64,000 bases of DNA from Rhodospirillales bacterium (GCA_021775005.1 JAJFIK010000075.1:11086-75085), one strand, 5' to 3'; positions 1-10,208 are shown, counted from the stretch's first letter. Notes: generated by a model not told the origin, from the sequence alone. A program made the numbers and translations.

Positions 1-188
1 GCGGTGCATGAGCGCGATTTGCCCCGCTGGCCCGCCGAAACTAAGCAATCCAATTTTTGCCCACGTCGCTGTCGCTTCGCGATAGCTCGGCGACGCATTC
101 AGCTCTGACGCCGGAACTGCTGATTCTCCTATGTCTACGCTATCGCCCATCTGACCACCCGCCCGATTCTTCGCCCCATCTCAAGTCG

Positions 189-1178
189 CTATTTCTTGGC
201 CCGGAAGTACTGGTAGAGATCGTCAAAGATCGCCCCGCCCCGTTCAATGCGCTCATCGTCCCCATCAATATTGAAGCTTAGGCCTGTCAAAAGGTGCTCG
301 ATGCCGAGCGTTTCCTCATGGCCATATTTGGAATCTTTGAGATCAATATCATGGATAATCTCACCAATTCTCTTTAATGATGGATCATTGAGCTTCGCGC
401 GCGAGAGCAACACCTCAAATGTGCAATTGTCGCCCTCGTGGGTGACTTCTGCTTCGAACATATCGAACCGCAGTTCATTTTCTTGCGGCTCGTAGCGCTT
501 TGAGGCGGTGAACTTGAATTTGGCGTCAGCGTCGATCCAGCGTTGGATCAACCAGGCACTGGCAATGCGGTCGACATGTACGTTTTGCCTCGTCACCCAA
601 GTTTTGCCGATGAGATCGATTTCTTGTGTATCTAGCATCGCTTGTTCGTCCTTTTGAGTTTCTTGCTGGGCTAAGGCGATTTTCTCCGCGAGGGAGGTAA
701 CAACACCGCCAGCCGCCTCGCGACCGTTGGCGCCAAAAAAATCGATCTTGTCAACCTCATAAAGGCGCATCTTGAACTTGGTCATTTGACTCTTTGCGTC
801 TTCCAATAGCGCGGCATCGGTCGCCAACGTTTCTGGAAGCTCCTCGTGATAAGCTCTGACTTCATCCGCAAGCGCGCCGTAATCTTCATCACGCGCTGCA
901 TCAAACAACTGATGGAGCTGGTGATCGTCCATGCCATCAACGAAATTGGCTTCCAAAATCATCCCTTCAGCGCCGCCTGAAATGATTTCCTGAAGAATCC
1001 ATTCGAAGTCTTCCTGCGTCTGCTCATTTCTGGGTAGGACGTACACAGAGTTTTTGACCGCCACCGCGCCAATGCGCTGCAGCCGCCGCCAGATCTTCAT
1101 CCGCAACGAACCGGGCTTTTGGGGAAACTGGTAGAGCAGCGCCAACCACCGACACCCGCTGTCACCCTCACCTGCCAT
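189..1178 (-). CDS. ChrB-like protein (chromate resistance regulator domain)
   Basis: 329 aa ORF. The N-terminus WLALLYQFPQKPGSLRMKIWRRLQRIGAV...VYVLP matches my memory of the ChrB N-terminal domain signature. No chrA is visible in the window. Confidence 0.55.
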   Translation of the reverse strand: MAGEGDSGCRWLALLYQFPQKPGSLRMKIWRRLQRIGAVAVKNSVYVLPRNEQTQEDFEWILQEIISGGAEGMILEANFVDGMDDHQLHQLFDAARDEDYGALADEVRAYHEELPETLATDAALLEDAKSQMTKFKMRLYEVDKIDFFGANGREAAGGVVTSLAEKIALAQQETQKDEQAMLDTQEIDLIGKTWVTRQNVHVDRIASAWLIQRWIDADAKFKFTASKRYEPQENELRFDMFEAEVTHEGDNCTFEVLLSRAKLNDPSLKRIGEIIHDIDLKDSKYGHEETLGIEHLLTGLSFNIDGDDERIERGGAIFDDLYQYFRAKK

Positions 1179-1200
1179 CTAGCGCCTCATCAAGCCATTT

Positions 1201-1218
1201 ATGTTACATATGTAACAT
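1201..1218. promoter_or_regulatory. 18-bp perfect palindrome ATGTTACATATGTAACAT in a divergent intergenic region (candidate operator)
   Basis: Read directly: the sequence equals its reverse complement. It lies between the ChrB-like gene (-) and the OCD-like gene (+), just upstream of a TTGACT -35-like hexamer. Confidence 0.5.
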
Positions 1219-1265
1219 CTATTGACTCTGATTGAAATACCTTTATTTTTTGCGCCTCCCTAACA

Positions 1266-2270
1266 ATGGAAGTGGCCATGAAAAGCAGAAAAACCGTTAT
1301 TTTGCCTCGCGAAATGATCCGCGAAGTGATCACCTTCGGCGACTATGTGGAGGCTGTGGAGGGCGCTTTTGGGCGCTATGCCGCCGGAAAAGTGATGGTT
1401 CCGGAGGTGGTTCACATCCCCCAGGTCGGCGGCGCGTTTCACATCAAGTCAGCCGGATTTGTGGATGATCCAGCCTATGTCGCGGTGAAGGTCAACGGGA
1501 ATTTTCCGGACAATAAAGCCACAACCGGCCTGCCGACCATCCAAGGGGCCATCACGCTTTGCGATGGACGTAATGGGTTTCCCCTCGCCATTATCGATTC
1601 CATTGAAGTGACCGCCCAGCGCACCGCCGCGGCGACCGCCGTCGCCGCCAAGTATTTGGCGGACGGGTCAGCCCATACCGCCACCATTATAGGCTGCGGC
1701 GTGCAGGGCGAAATCCAACTCCAAGCCATTCTTCATGTTCTTCCCATCAAGAAGATTTTCGCCTTCGACAAGGATGCAGAACTCTGCAAGTCGTTTGCAG
1801 CGCAGATGACCAAATCTACCGGCATTTCAGTGGTGCCACTCTCGGACTTCCGAAAAGGCACACGAAGAAGCCAGGTCATTGTCACCTGCACATCCGCCCG
1901 GTCGTGGTTTCTGGGGCAAAAGGACGTTCAGCCTGGAACGTTCATTGCCGCTGTTGGCTCAGACAATGATGACAAGCAGGAACTTGATCCAAACCTTTTA
2001 GGAGCGGCAATTGTGGTCACGGATATTACAGACCAATGCGCTCACATTGGCGAGCTCCACCATGCATTGGAAGAGAATGTTTTCACCAAAGGCGATGTTT
2101 ATGCAGAGCTGGGTGAAATCGTGGTTGGTGAAAAACCCGCGCCCAAGCCCGATAACAACATCATCGTTTTTGACTCCACTGGCTCAGCAATTCAGGACGT
2201 CGCGGCCGCCGGCGTGATTTATGAACGCGCTATCGCCCAAGGCACCGGGTTCGTTATCGACTTTGCATGA
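1266..2270 (+). CDS. ornithine cyclodeaminase/mu-crystallin family protein
   Basis: 334 aa. Rossmann motif IIGCGVQGEIQLQA and overall OCD/mu-crystallin-like sequence. An alternative start is MKSRK at 1278. Confidence 0.75.
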   Translation: MEVAMKSRKTVILPREMIREVITFGDYVEAVEGAFGRYAAGKVMVPEVVHIPQVGGAFHIKSAGFVDDPAYVAVKVNGNFPDNKATTGLPTIQGAITLCDGRNGFPLAIIDSIEVTAQRTAAATAVAAKYLADGSAHTATIIGCGVQGEIQLQAILHVLPIKKIFAFDKDAELCKSFAAQMTKSTGISVVPLSDFRKGTRRSQVIVTCTSARSWFLGQKDVQPGTFIAAVGSDNDDKQELDPNLLGAAIVVTDITDQCAHIGELHHALEENVFTKGDVYAELGEIVVGEKPAPKPDNNIIVFDSTGSAIQDVAAAGVIYERAIAQGTGFVIDFA

Positions 2271-2362
2271 AACGAGGAAGACGGCCTGCCCACAAAAACA
2301 CCGCCAGCAACAAAATGTGCAAGACCAGCCCTGACGGAAGCATCAAGAGAGGACCATACGCC

Positions 2363-3739
2363 ATGACGAAGATTTTCAAAACGCGATCTGACAGAGCCAT
2401 TCCGATTTTTCTTAGCAGCCAGGACAAATGGAAAGAGATCTCAAAGACCTTACCCAAATCTGCTGCAGCTTACGCGGCGGCCGTTGGGTTCAAGGGGCAA
2501 AGCGGAAAATTAATTATGGCAGCGGGATCTTCCGGGGCGATCGAGACCGTGATCTTGGGGTTAGGTGCTGGTGATAACCCATTCATTTGCGGCACATTGG
2601 TGACGTCCCTCCCCAGCGGTACTTATGCATTTGCTGATCAGACAGAGCTAGATCCAACACTTATGGCACTTGGCATGGGATTGGATAGCTATGTCTTTGA
2701 TCAGTACCTTGATGCCGATGACAGCACTCAAAAGCCCAATTTCGTTTGGCCGAAAGGATGCGACCGCACCGAGATCACAGAAATTCTGAAGGGTGTTTTC
2801 CTCACCCGCGATCTCATCAATGTGCCTGCGAACGACATGGGGCCCAACAATCTTGCTGATGCAGCTTCAAAGCTGGGTGAGGAATTTGGTGCGAAAGTTG
2901 CGATCACTAAGGGTGAGCAACTCTTGGCCCAAAACTTCCCATTGATCCACGCGGTCGGGCGCGCCAGCACTCAAGCGCCCTGCCTGATCGATATGACTTG
3001 GGGCAAAGCGAATGCACCGAAGGTGACGATCATTGGCAAGGGCGTTTGCTACGATACCGGCGGGCTGAGCATTAAACCGACCGCTGGTATGCTGCTCATG
3101 AAAAAAGATATGGCCGGCGGCGCCAATGCCCTTGGATTAGCCTCCATGATCATGGCCAGAAAATTGAATGTGCGATTGCGCGTTATTATTCCTGCGGTGG
3201 AGAATTCGATTTCCGGTAATTCATTCCGCCCCGGTGATGTGTTGCGAAGCCGGAAGGGCCTGAGTGTGGAGATCGGCAACACCGATGCCGAGGGGCGGCT
3301 CGTGTTGGCCGATGCGCTGGCACTCGCCGACGAAGAAAGCCCCGAATTGATGATTGATATGGCCACGTTGACTGGGGCCGCCCGCGTCGCCCTGGGGGTG
3401 GAGCTGCCTGCGTTTTATTGCGATGATGACAGCTTTGTTGCAGAAGTCTCAGAGGCGGGATTGAAAGTCGCCGACCCGGTTTGGCGCATGCCCCTTTGGA
3501 AGCCATATCTAGAACAACTCTCTTCAAAGATCGCCGACGTTAGCCAGATCGCGGCTGGGCCCCTGGCGGACTCGGTTATGGCGGCGCTCTTTTTGCAGGA
3601 GTTCGTGAAGGAGACAAAAGTTTGGGCACACATCGACCTGATGTCGTGGAATGCCGCGGCAAAACCGGGCAGGCCTTTTGGCGGAGATTCCCAAACCATC
3701 CGCGCGCTCTATGACGTACTGAAACGGCGCTATACTTGA
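2363..3739 (+). CDS. pepA: leucyl aminopeptidase (peptidase M17)
   Basis: M17 signatures NVPANDMGP, GKGVCYDTGGLSIKP and NTDAEGRLVLADAL. The ORF runs from 2267, but ATG at 2363 with AGAGAGGA upstream avoids overlap with the OCD gene. Confidence 0.85.
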   Translation: MTKIFKTRSDRAIPIFLSSQDKWKEISKTLPKSAAAYAAAVGFKGQSGKLIMAAGSSGAIETVILGLGAGDNPFICGTLVTSLPSGTYAFADQTELDPTLMALGMGLDSYVFDQYLDADDSTQKPNFVWPKGCDRTEITEILKGVFLTRDLINVPANDMGPNNLADAASKLGEEFGAKVAITKGEQLLAQNFPLIHAVGRASTQAPCLIDMTWGKANAPKVTIIGKGVCYDTGGLSIKPTAGMLLMKKDMAGGANALGLASMIMARKLNVRLRVIIPAVENSISGNSFRPGDVLRSRKGLSVEIGNTDAEGRLVLADALALADEESPELMIDMATLTGAARVALGVELPAFYCDDDSFVAEVSEAGLKVADPVWRMPLWKPYLEQLSSKIADVSQIAAGPLADSVMAALFLQEFVKETKVWAHIDLMSWNAAAKPGRPFGGDSQTIRALYDVLKRRYT

Positions 3740-3902
3740 ATGGCCGCCACCTCGGCGGCGGACTCGGGGAAGTGGCGAAAACCGCTCTTCATGCCTTCCC
3801 GACGCGCCCGCGTTGCAAACTCTTGACGCCAATCTAGTCAAATTGACATTGCTTGTGTCATAATCAGCCCCAGACGCAACTAATGAGCAGGAGCTGGGGC
3901 AA

Positions 3903-5678
3903 ATGAAGCGCGTTCAACGACTTCTTATTGGAACAGGCGCATTGGCGCTACTGGGCTTATTAGTCGCCCCCATGGCAAGCGCCCAGGTTGATCGCGACAC
4001 CACCCGCCCCAACTTCCTGGTTGTTCTGATTGATGATGCCGCCTTTATGGATCTGAGCGCCTATGGCGGTGAGGCCCGCACGCCGCATATTGACGCTTTG
4101 GCGGCACGGGGGTCTTTGTTCACGAATTACCACACCTCGCCACTCTGCGCGCCAACCCGGGCCATGCTGCTTACAGGCCTGGACAATCACCTCACCGGCG
4201 TGGCCACAATCCCCGAAGTGTTGCCACCAGAACATGTGGGCCAACCGGGATACAGCATGCGGCTTGAACCTGGTGTGACGACGGTTGCCTCGCGTCTTTC
4301 GCAAGCGGGCTATCGCACCTATATGGCGGGTAAATGGCACCTGGGTCACGGCGAAGGAGACCTGCCCAGCGATCACGGCTTTGATCGCACGTTTATCTTA
4401 GATGCGTCCGGCGCAGACAACTGGGAACAGCGCGCCTATATGCCCTATTACGCAACAGCTGATTGGTTTGAAGACGGCGCGCCCGCGCGTCTGCCCGATG
4501 ATTTTTATTCTTCTGAATTTCTTGTCGATCAGATCATGGGCTATCTTGAGGACAGCGAGAGTAGCGACGATCCGTTTTTTGCCTACCTTGCGTTTCAGGC
4601 GATCCATATTCCCATCCAGGCACCGCGCGAATTTACCGAGCACTATAGGGCGCTTTATCAAATGGGCTGGGATGAGTTGCGTGTTGCGCGCTGGGAGCGG
4701 GCCCGTGCCATGGGATTCATTCCAGATGATGCCGCCCTCGGCGATATGCCCGGTGATGTGCGCCCATGGGACTCCCTAACCGATGAAGAGCGCGCGCTCT
4801 ATGCAGAAAGCATGGCCGTCAATGCCGGCATGCTGGAAGCGATGGATCACCATTTGGGCAGGCTCATTGATTACCTTGAGGCAAACGGCACGTTAGAGAA
4901 CACCATCATTATACTCGCGTCCGATAACGGGCCGGAGCCAAACCACCCGGTCGGCATGCGCGGGTTCGGGCTTTGGATGGCCATGAACGGTTATAGCCAA
5001 GACCTTGAAACACTGGGGGAGCGCGGCACCTATGCCTTCATCGGCACCGAATGGGCGCTCGCGGCGGCATCGCCGTTTAATCTCTTTAAATTCTATGCCT
5101 CCGAGGGCGGGTTGCGTGCGCCGTTCATCATAGCGGGCCCCGGTGTCAGCCAAGGAGTGCGCGTGGACACGCCTGCTTATGTCACAGACATCACCCCAAC
5201 CATGCTTGATTTTGGCGGCGTGGCCGCGCCCGCTGATCAGTTCACCGGCCGCAGCTTGCGCGCGGTGCTCGCAGGCGAGGCAGCATCGGCATATGGCGCG
5301 GACGATTCTGTTGGCATGGAAGTTTCCGGCAACGCGGCGCTTTATCGCGGGAGCTGGAAATTGGCGCGTAACTTACCGCCCTGGGGCGATGGCACCTGGC
5401 ACCTTTATGATCTATCGCTCGATCCCGGCGAGACTAATAATATTGCAGGCGATCACCCCGAGATTCTGGCAAGCCTGCGCGCTGACTATGAAAGCTATGC
5501 TACCGCCAACGGCGTTTTGGAATTGCCCGCGGGCTATGACCCCCTGGCCCAAGTGGCAACCAACACGCTGGCGCGAGTTCATGCGCGGTATATGTGGCTT
5601 TACATCACTGCGGCCGTACTGGCGCTTGCGCTTGTCGGGATCATCGGCCGCATCGGATGGCGCATTTTTGCCCGATGA
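3903..5678 (+). CDS. sulfatase (arylsulfatase family), secreted with a C-terminal TM anchor
   Basis: Signal peptide, sulfatase N-terminal motif LVVLIDDAAFMD...TPHIDALA and formylglycine motif C-A-P-T-R (SPLCAPTRAMLLTG). A C-terminal hydrophobic helix is present. Confidence 0.85.
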   Translation: MKRVQRLLIGTGALALLGLLVAPMASAQVDRDTTRPNFLVVLIDDAAFMDLSAYGGEARTPHIDALAARGSLFTNYHTSPLCAPTRAMLLTGLDNHLTGVATIPEVLPPEHVGQPGYSMRLEPGVTTVASRLSQAGYRTYMAGKWHLGHGEGDLPSDHGFDRTFILDASGADNWEQRAYMPYYATADWFEDGAPARLPDDFYSSEFLVDQIMGYLEDSESSDDPFFAYLAFQAIHIPIQAPREFTEHYRALYQMGWDELRVARWERARAMGFIPDDAALGDMPGDVRPWDSLTDEERALYAESMAVNAGMLEAMDHHLGRLIDYLEANGTLENTIIILASDNGPEPNHPVGMRGFGLWMAMNGYSQDLETLGERGTYAFIGTEWALAAASPFNLFKFYASEGGLRAPFIIAGPGVSQGVRVDTPAYVTDITPTMLDFGGVAAPADQFTGRSLRAVLAGEAASAYGADDSVGMEVSGNAALYRGSWKLARNLPPWGDGTWHLYDLSLDPGETNNIAGDHPEILASLRADYESYATANGVLELPAGYDPLAQVATNTLARVHARYMWLYITAAVLALALVGIIGRIGWRIFAR

Positions 5679-6739
5679 CTGATCGCTACATTCTCCATGG
5701 TCTGAAAATTTCCTACTTTACCGGCAAGTTGGAGAGCTATTTTCGCATCAAGGGCATTCCCTTCGACTTTGTGGAAATGGATACGGTCGACTTTCGCGCC
5801 TGCGCAGCGCACACTGGCGTATTGCAAATGCCGCAAGTGGAATGCCCGGACGGCACTTGGCTCGCTGACACAACCGCAATCATTGCAAAGTTCGAGGATC
5901 AGGGCAGCGCACCGCAATTGCGACCAGAAGCGCCTGCTGCCGCATTTATCAGCATTCTGCTTGAAGATTATTTCGATGAATGGCTGTGGCGGCCAGCGCT
6001 TTATTACCGTTGGGCGTTTCCTGAGGACGCCCAACTCATGTCCCGCCGCATAGCAAAGACCATGCTGCGGGATATGCGCGCGCCGCTCCCCTTGCGCACA
6101 CTCTTTATCCGGGCACGTCAACAACGCGAATTCCTGAAGGGTGATGGGGTCACTAGGGCGACCGCACCATTGGTGGAAGATTTATTTCTGGAAACCCTGG
6201 ATGCGCTGGAGTCCATTTTCTCAACGCGACCGTTTTTAATGGGCATGCGCCCTTGCGAAGCAGACTTCGGGCTAATGGGGCCGTTCTTCCGCCACTTCTC
6301 TATCGACCCGACACCTGCGGCGATCATGCGGGAGCGCAGCCCCCACACCCTTGCCTGGGTCGCGCGCATGTGGGCGACAACGCCAAATGATCTGGCGGCC
6401 GCCGCTCCTATCGTCGATGTGCCGGGCGACCTTGCGCCGCTGCTCAGCCATGTGCGGGCTGAGTACTTGCCTTATCTTGCCAGTAATGCCGCTGCCTGCG
6501 CGCAACATCTGAAGCAAACAGGTTTTGCGTCGCGCGGCGCTGAATGGCGTGTTCCTTCTGCGCCCTACCGCGCCTCCTGCCTTGATCGGTTGCGGCAGAG
6601 CTTTCAGGCGCTGTCACCGGCAGATCAGGACAAAGTATCGAACATGTTGGAGGGTGACGTCACCGTGCTGCGGCAGGAACCGGCCGCCCCCTTGCCGGAG
6701 CCAGATGGCAAACCTGTTGATCGTCTTTGGCGAGCCTAG
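5675..6739 (+). CDS. glutathione S-transferase-like protein (GST N-terminal thioredoxin-like fold)
   Basis: MTDRYILHGLKISYFTGKLESYFRIKGIPFDFVEM is GST-N-like. The start ATG overlaps the sulfatase stop (ATGA), which indicates translational coupling. Confidence 0.5.
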   Translation: MTDRYILHGLKISYFTGKLESYFRIKGIPFDFVEMDTVDFRACAAHTGVLQMPQVECPDGTWLADTTAIIAKFEDQGSAPQLRPEAPAAAFISILLEDYFDEWLWRPALYYRWAFPEDAQLMSRRIAKTMLRDMRAPLPLRTLFIRARQQREFLKGDGVTRATAPLVEDLFLETLDALESIFSTRPFLMGMRPCEADFGLMGPFFRHFSIDPTPAAIMRERSPHTLAWVARMWATTPNDLAAAAPIVDVPGDLAPLLSHVRAEYLPYLASNAAACAQHLKQTGFASRGAEWRVPSAPYRASCLDRLRQSFQALSPADQDKVSNMLEGDVTVLRQEPAAPLPEPDGKPVDRLWRA

Positions 6740-7344
6740 CTGAGAAGGCGAAGGGCGCCAAATTTCAGCGCGTCGATTGCTTTGGCGACGGAACATTTTT
6801 GATCTACCCGTAGATGCTCCCAAGATTCAAACGACAAAAGGGATTCCAAGGCGTGTTGGGCTTCTGCCGATTTGCCTTCAAGTTCGGGAATAGCATGAAA
6901 TAACCGCCCACGGAGAAGGCGGGCGTTGCGCGCACGCTTGGAGCGCAGAAAAGCTGATGACCATTGCCGGATGACCGTCGCCCGTTTGAACATCTTCACT
7001 TGCTCAAAGATGCGCGCACGAGTTTCCACAATTTTGTCAATCCGGCTTTTGAGCGAGCCGCTGGGGGCGATGGGTGCCACCGCTGCGAAAACACGCACGT
7101 CCAATCGTGTATCAATTTCCCGATAGAGCGCGTCCATGTCCTGGAAATGGCGAAATACCGTGCGGTGACCGACAGCCGCGCGCTGCGCAACCGCTTCGCT
7201 GGTGGGTTGAAGGTCCCCCTCCGCAATCAATTTCATAAGCGCCTCAACAATGAGCCCGCGCGTCTTTTCGCTACGTGCCCGGCGACCATCGATCGGCTCT
7301 ATCCCTTGGTCTGCGGCTGCGCGTCCCATAAATCGGTTACCCAT
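6736..7344 (-). CDS. TetR/AcrR family transcriptional regulator
   Basis: N-terminal HTH: RSEKTRGLIVEALMKLIAEGDLQPTSEAVAQRAAVGHRTVFRHFQDMDALY. Confidence 0.85.
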   Translation of the reverse strand: MGNRFMGRAAADQGIEPIDGRRARSEKTRGLIVEALMKLIAEGDLQPTSEAVAQRAAVGHRTVFRHFQDMDALYREIDTRLDVRVFAAVAPIAPSGSLKSRIDKIVETRARIFEQVKMFKRATVIRQWSSAFLRSKRARNARLLRGRLFHAIPELEGKSAEAQHALESLLSFESWEHLRVDQKCSVAKAIDALKFGALRLLS

Positions 7345-7348
7345 GTTT

Positions 7349-7365
7349 TGACACTGTGACTGTCA
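7349..7365. promoter_or_regulatory. inverted repeat TGACA-N7-TGTCA (candidate TetR operator)
   Basis: Read directly from the sequence, 5 nt upstream of the tetR start codon. It lies in the tetR-sulfatase divergent region. Confidence 0.35.
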
Positions 7366-7406
7366 TTATATACATTTACTCCAGAAATCAAACAGGCGGG
7401 CGCACG

Positions 7407-7425
7407 AATGACAATCGCAGTCATT
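7407..7425. promoter_or_regulatory. inverted repeat AATGAC-N7-GTCATT (second candidate operator)
   Basis: Perfect 6-bp arms read directly. It shares the TGAC/GTCA half-site with 7349..7365. Confidence 0.35.
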
Positions 7426-7456
7426 TGGATCATTGCCGCACTGAGGAACAACACCG

Positions 7457-9142
7457 ATGAATTTAGGTATCATGAAATGGGTAGCGGGAATCGCCGGGGC
7501 AATCGGGTTGGTTTTGATCGCCGCCTATGTGTTTCGGGTGGAACTCATCCTTCACTACATCCGCTATCAAACGGACACGCGCACACCGGTTGGTGAACAT
7601 CAAAGTGTCACATGGGGCGGCGCAGCGGCAGGCCAGCTTGAGGTGCCGCGCAGCGACGGCCCACCAAATGTTATTCTGATTGTCGCCGACGATCTGGGCT
7701 GGAATGATTTGACGTTCAATGGCGGCGGCGTTGCGGGCGGTTCTGTGCCCACACCGAACATTGATCGCATTGCCCATGAGGGCGCGATCTTCAGGAACGG
7801 CTATGCGGCCAATGGCACCTGTGCGCCCTCTCGCGCTTCGCTTATGTCGGGGCGGTATTCCACCCGCTTTGGCTTTGAGTTCACGCCCACACCGCCCGGC
7901 ATGTTGCAGAACCTGACGCGCCTTGTGCCGCGCCCCGCCGGAGAGCCCGAATTCTTCACTTACTTCGGCGACGAGGGCCGTGCCGCGGTTCCGTTTGAAG
8001 ATATGGGCATGCCCCCGTCCGAAATTACGTTGGCGGAAACCATGCGCGATGCGGGCTACTACACCGCCCATATCGGCAAATGGCATTTGGGCCGATCGCC
8101 GGGGATGATGCCCCATGAGCAAGGCTTTGACGACAGCTTGCTGATGCACTCGGGATTCTACCTGCCTGAAGACAGCCCGGATGTTGTGAATTCGCGCCAG
8201 GATTTCGATCCCATTGACCGGTTCCTATGGGCGGGGATGCAATATGCCGCCAGCTTTAACGGCAGCGACGCGTTCGAGCCCGATGGCTACATCACTGACT
8301 ACTATACCGACGAAGCTATCAACGTGATTGAACAGAACCGCCAACGCCCTTTCTTTATGTATCTTGCCCATTGGGCACCGCACACGCCATTGCAAGCCAG
8401 CCGTGAAGACTATGAGGCGCTGTCCCATATCGAAGATCACCGCTTGCGCGTTTACGCAGCGATGATCCGCGCGCTGGATCGCGGCGTGGGGGAGGTCTTG
8501 GACGCGCTGGAAGAAAACGGCATCGCGGACAATACGCTGGTCATCTTCACCTCAGACAATGGCGGCGCGGACTATGTGGGCCTGCCTGAGATCAACGAGC
8601 CCTTCCGCGGATGGAAGATCACCTTCTTTGAGGGCGGCATTCACGTGCCCTACTTTATGCGTTGGCCGGGCACTATTCCGGCGGGCACGCGGGTGAATGA
8701 CCCGGTGCATCACTTTGACATCTACGCCACTGCCGCTGATGCAGGCGGCGCGACCCTGTCGCAGGACCGGGTGGTGGACGGGGTTTCGCTCCTGCCTTAT
8801 GTGACCGGCGATGAACCCGTGACGCTGGATGCGCCCCATGATCGCCTGTTCTGGCGCGAAGGCGGCTATCAGGTCGTGATGGCGGAGGGCTGGAAATTGC
8901 AGCGGGATGCCCGCCAGCAACGAACATGGCTGTTCAACATGACCGATGATCCCACTGAGCAGTACAATGTGGCGGACGCTCACCCCGAACGCGTGGCGGC
9001 CATGCACGACATGCTGGACGCCCATAATGCGGAGCAGATGGACCCGATCTGGCCCGCGCTGGTAGAGGCCCCGATTCGCATTGATGTAACTGTGGATCAG
9101 CCATGGGAAGAGGACGACGAGTATATTTACTGGCCAAACTAG
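7457..9142 (+). CDS. sulfatase (arylsulfatase family) with an N-terminal TM/signal anchor
   Basis: NVILIVADDLGWND...PTPNIDRIA and the C-A-P-S-R formylglycine motif (GTCAPSRASLMSGR), plus other conserved sulfatase blocks. Confidence 0.85.
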   Translation: MNLGIMKWVAGIAGAIGLVLIAAYVFRVELILHYIRYQTDTRTPVGEHQSVTWGGAAAGQLEVPRSDGPPNVILIVADDLGWNDLTFNGGGVAGGSVPTPNIDRIAHEGAIFRNGYAANGTCAPSRASLMSGRYSTRFGFEFTPTPPGMLQNLTRLVPRPAGEPEFFTYFGDEGRAAVPFEDMGMPPSEITLAETMRDAGYYTAHIGKWHLGRSPGMMPHEQGFDDSLLMHSGFYLPEDSPDVVNSRQDFDPIDRFLWAGMQYAASFNGSDAFEPDGYITDYYTDEAINVIEQNRQRPFFMYLAHWAPHTPLQASREDYEALSHIEDHRLRVYAAMIRALDRGVGEVLDALEENGIADNTLVIFTSDNGGADYVGLPEINEPFRGWKITFFEGGIHVPYFMRWPGTIPAGTRVNDPVHHFDIYATAADAGGATLSQDRVVDGVSLLPYVTGDEPVTLDAPHDRLFWREGGYQVVMAEGWKLQRDARQQRTWLFNMTDDPTEQYNVADAHPERVAAMHDMLDAHNAEQMDPIWPALVEAPIRIDVTVDQPWEEDDEYIYWPN

Positions 9143-9161
9143 AATTCTGCTTTTTGGCGGA

Positions 9162-10073
9162 GTGGTTGTCGCTACCGTTGCCATTGGTGCCTGGTTCTTT
9201 CTGGGGCAACTGAACGGCGCTGGCGTGACGTCTGCGGCGGCTTGCGGCGATACGCCAGCAAACACGTTTGTCTTTGTGCCCGGCGGCGGCTTCCAGATGG
9301 GGTCCAATGACTACTATCCGGACGAAGCCCCGATCCGCGATGTGGTGATGGAGGGGTTTTGGATTCGCCGCACCGAAATCACCAATGCTGAGTTCCGCGC
9401 CTTTGTTGCCGCGACCGGCTACGTCACTGTTGCCGAGCGCGCGCCCCCCGAAGGGGTTGCGCCAGGATCGGCAGTCTTCGTTCCGGCCCAGCGCGGCGAG
9501 CCCATTCGGCCGATGAGTTGGTGGCATTGGGTGCCCGGTGCCGATTGGCGCCATCCCGAGGGGCCGGGCAGTTCAATCGACGGCAGGGACGGCTATCCCG
9601 TCACGCAAATTGCCTATGAAGATGCGCTCGCCTTTGCGGAATGGGCCGGTGAGACCCTGCCCAATGAAGCGCAATGGGAATATGCCGCCAGTGCGGGCGG
9701 CACGGTGTCCGACAGTCCCTATCGCATAGAAGACGGCGCGCCCCACCCCATCGCCAACACATGGCAAGGTTTGTTCCCGGTCCTCAACACCGGCGAGGAT
9801 GGGTTTTTGGGCACCTCTCCCGCTGGATGTTTTGAGGCCAATGCTTTTGAGCTGCATGACATGATCGGCAATGTGTGGGAGTGGACGGCAACGCCTGCGA
9901 CCGGCACTGCGCGCGGCGTCATCAAAGGCGGATCGTATCTCTGCGCACCAAATTACTGCATGCGCTATCGCCCTGCCGCCCGCGAAGCGCAAGAAACCGG
10001 CCTTGGCACGAACCACATCGGCTTCCGCACCATCCGCACTGCGCCGCCGCCGCAACCTGCACAGAGTCAATAA
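9162..10073 (+). CDS. formylglycine-generating enzyme (FGE/SUMF1 family)
   Basis: FGE-sulfatase domain motifs: RTEITNAEFRAFV, YPVTQIAYEDALAFAEWAG, HDMIGNVWEWT and GGSYLC. It lies 20 nt downstream of the sulfatase. Confidence 0.85.
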   Translation: MVVATVAIGAWFFLGQLNGAGVTSAAACGDTPANTFVFVPGGGFQMGSNDYYPDEAPIRDVVMEGFWIRRTEITNAEFRAFVAATGYVTVAERAPPEGVAPGSAVFVPAQRGEPIRPMSWWHWVPGADWRHPEGPGSSIDGRDGYPVTQIAYEDALAFAEWAGETLPNEAQWEYAASAGGTVSDSPYRIEDGAPHPIANTWQGLFPVLNTGEDGFLGTSPAGCFEANAFELHDMIGNVWEWTATPATGTARGVIKGGSYLCAPNYCMRYRPAAREAQETGLGTNHIGFRTIRTAPPPQPAQSQ

Positions 10074-10208
10074 TGACCAGTTCCGATCGCCTTGAGTTTC
10101 TGGGGGCGATACCAAGGCTGCCTATTTGAGGTAAATAAGATGATCGATCAGGATCGTGCGGCCGCCATTTAGTCGTATCACCGTGACTCGCAACTGTGAA
10201 AGATCGCC

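Noticed and set aside
1201-1218. Palindrome as an SOS (LexA) box
   Set aside because: The half-sites TGTTAC/GTAACA do not fit either the alphaproteobacterial GTTC-N7-GTTC direct repeat or the E. coli CTGT-N8-ACAG consensus.
8552-9554. Large antisense ORFs (251 and 206 aa) opposite the sulfatase and FGE genes
   Set aside because: These are typical high-GC antisense open frames. The sense strand carries unambiguous sulfatase and FGE motifs.
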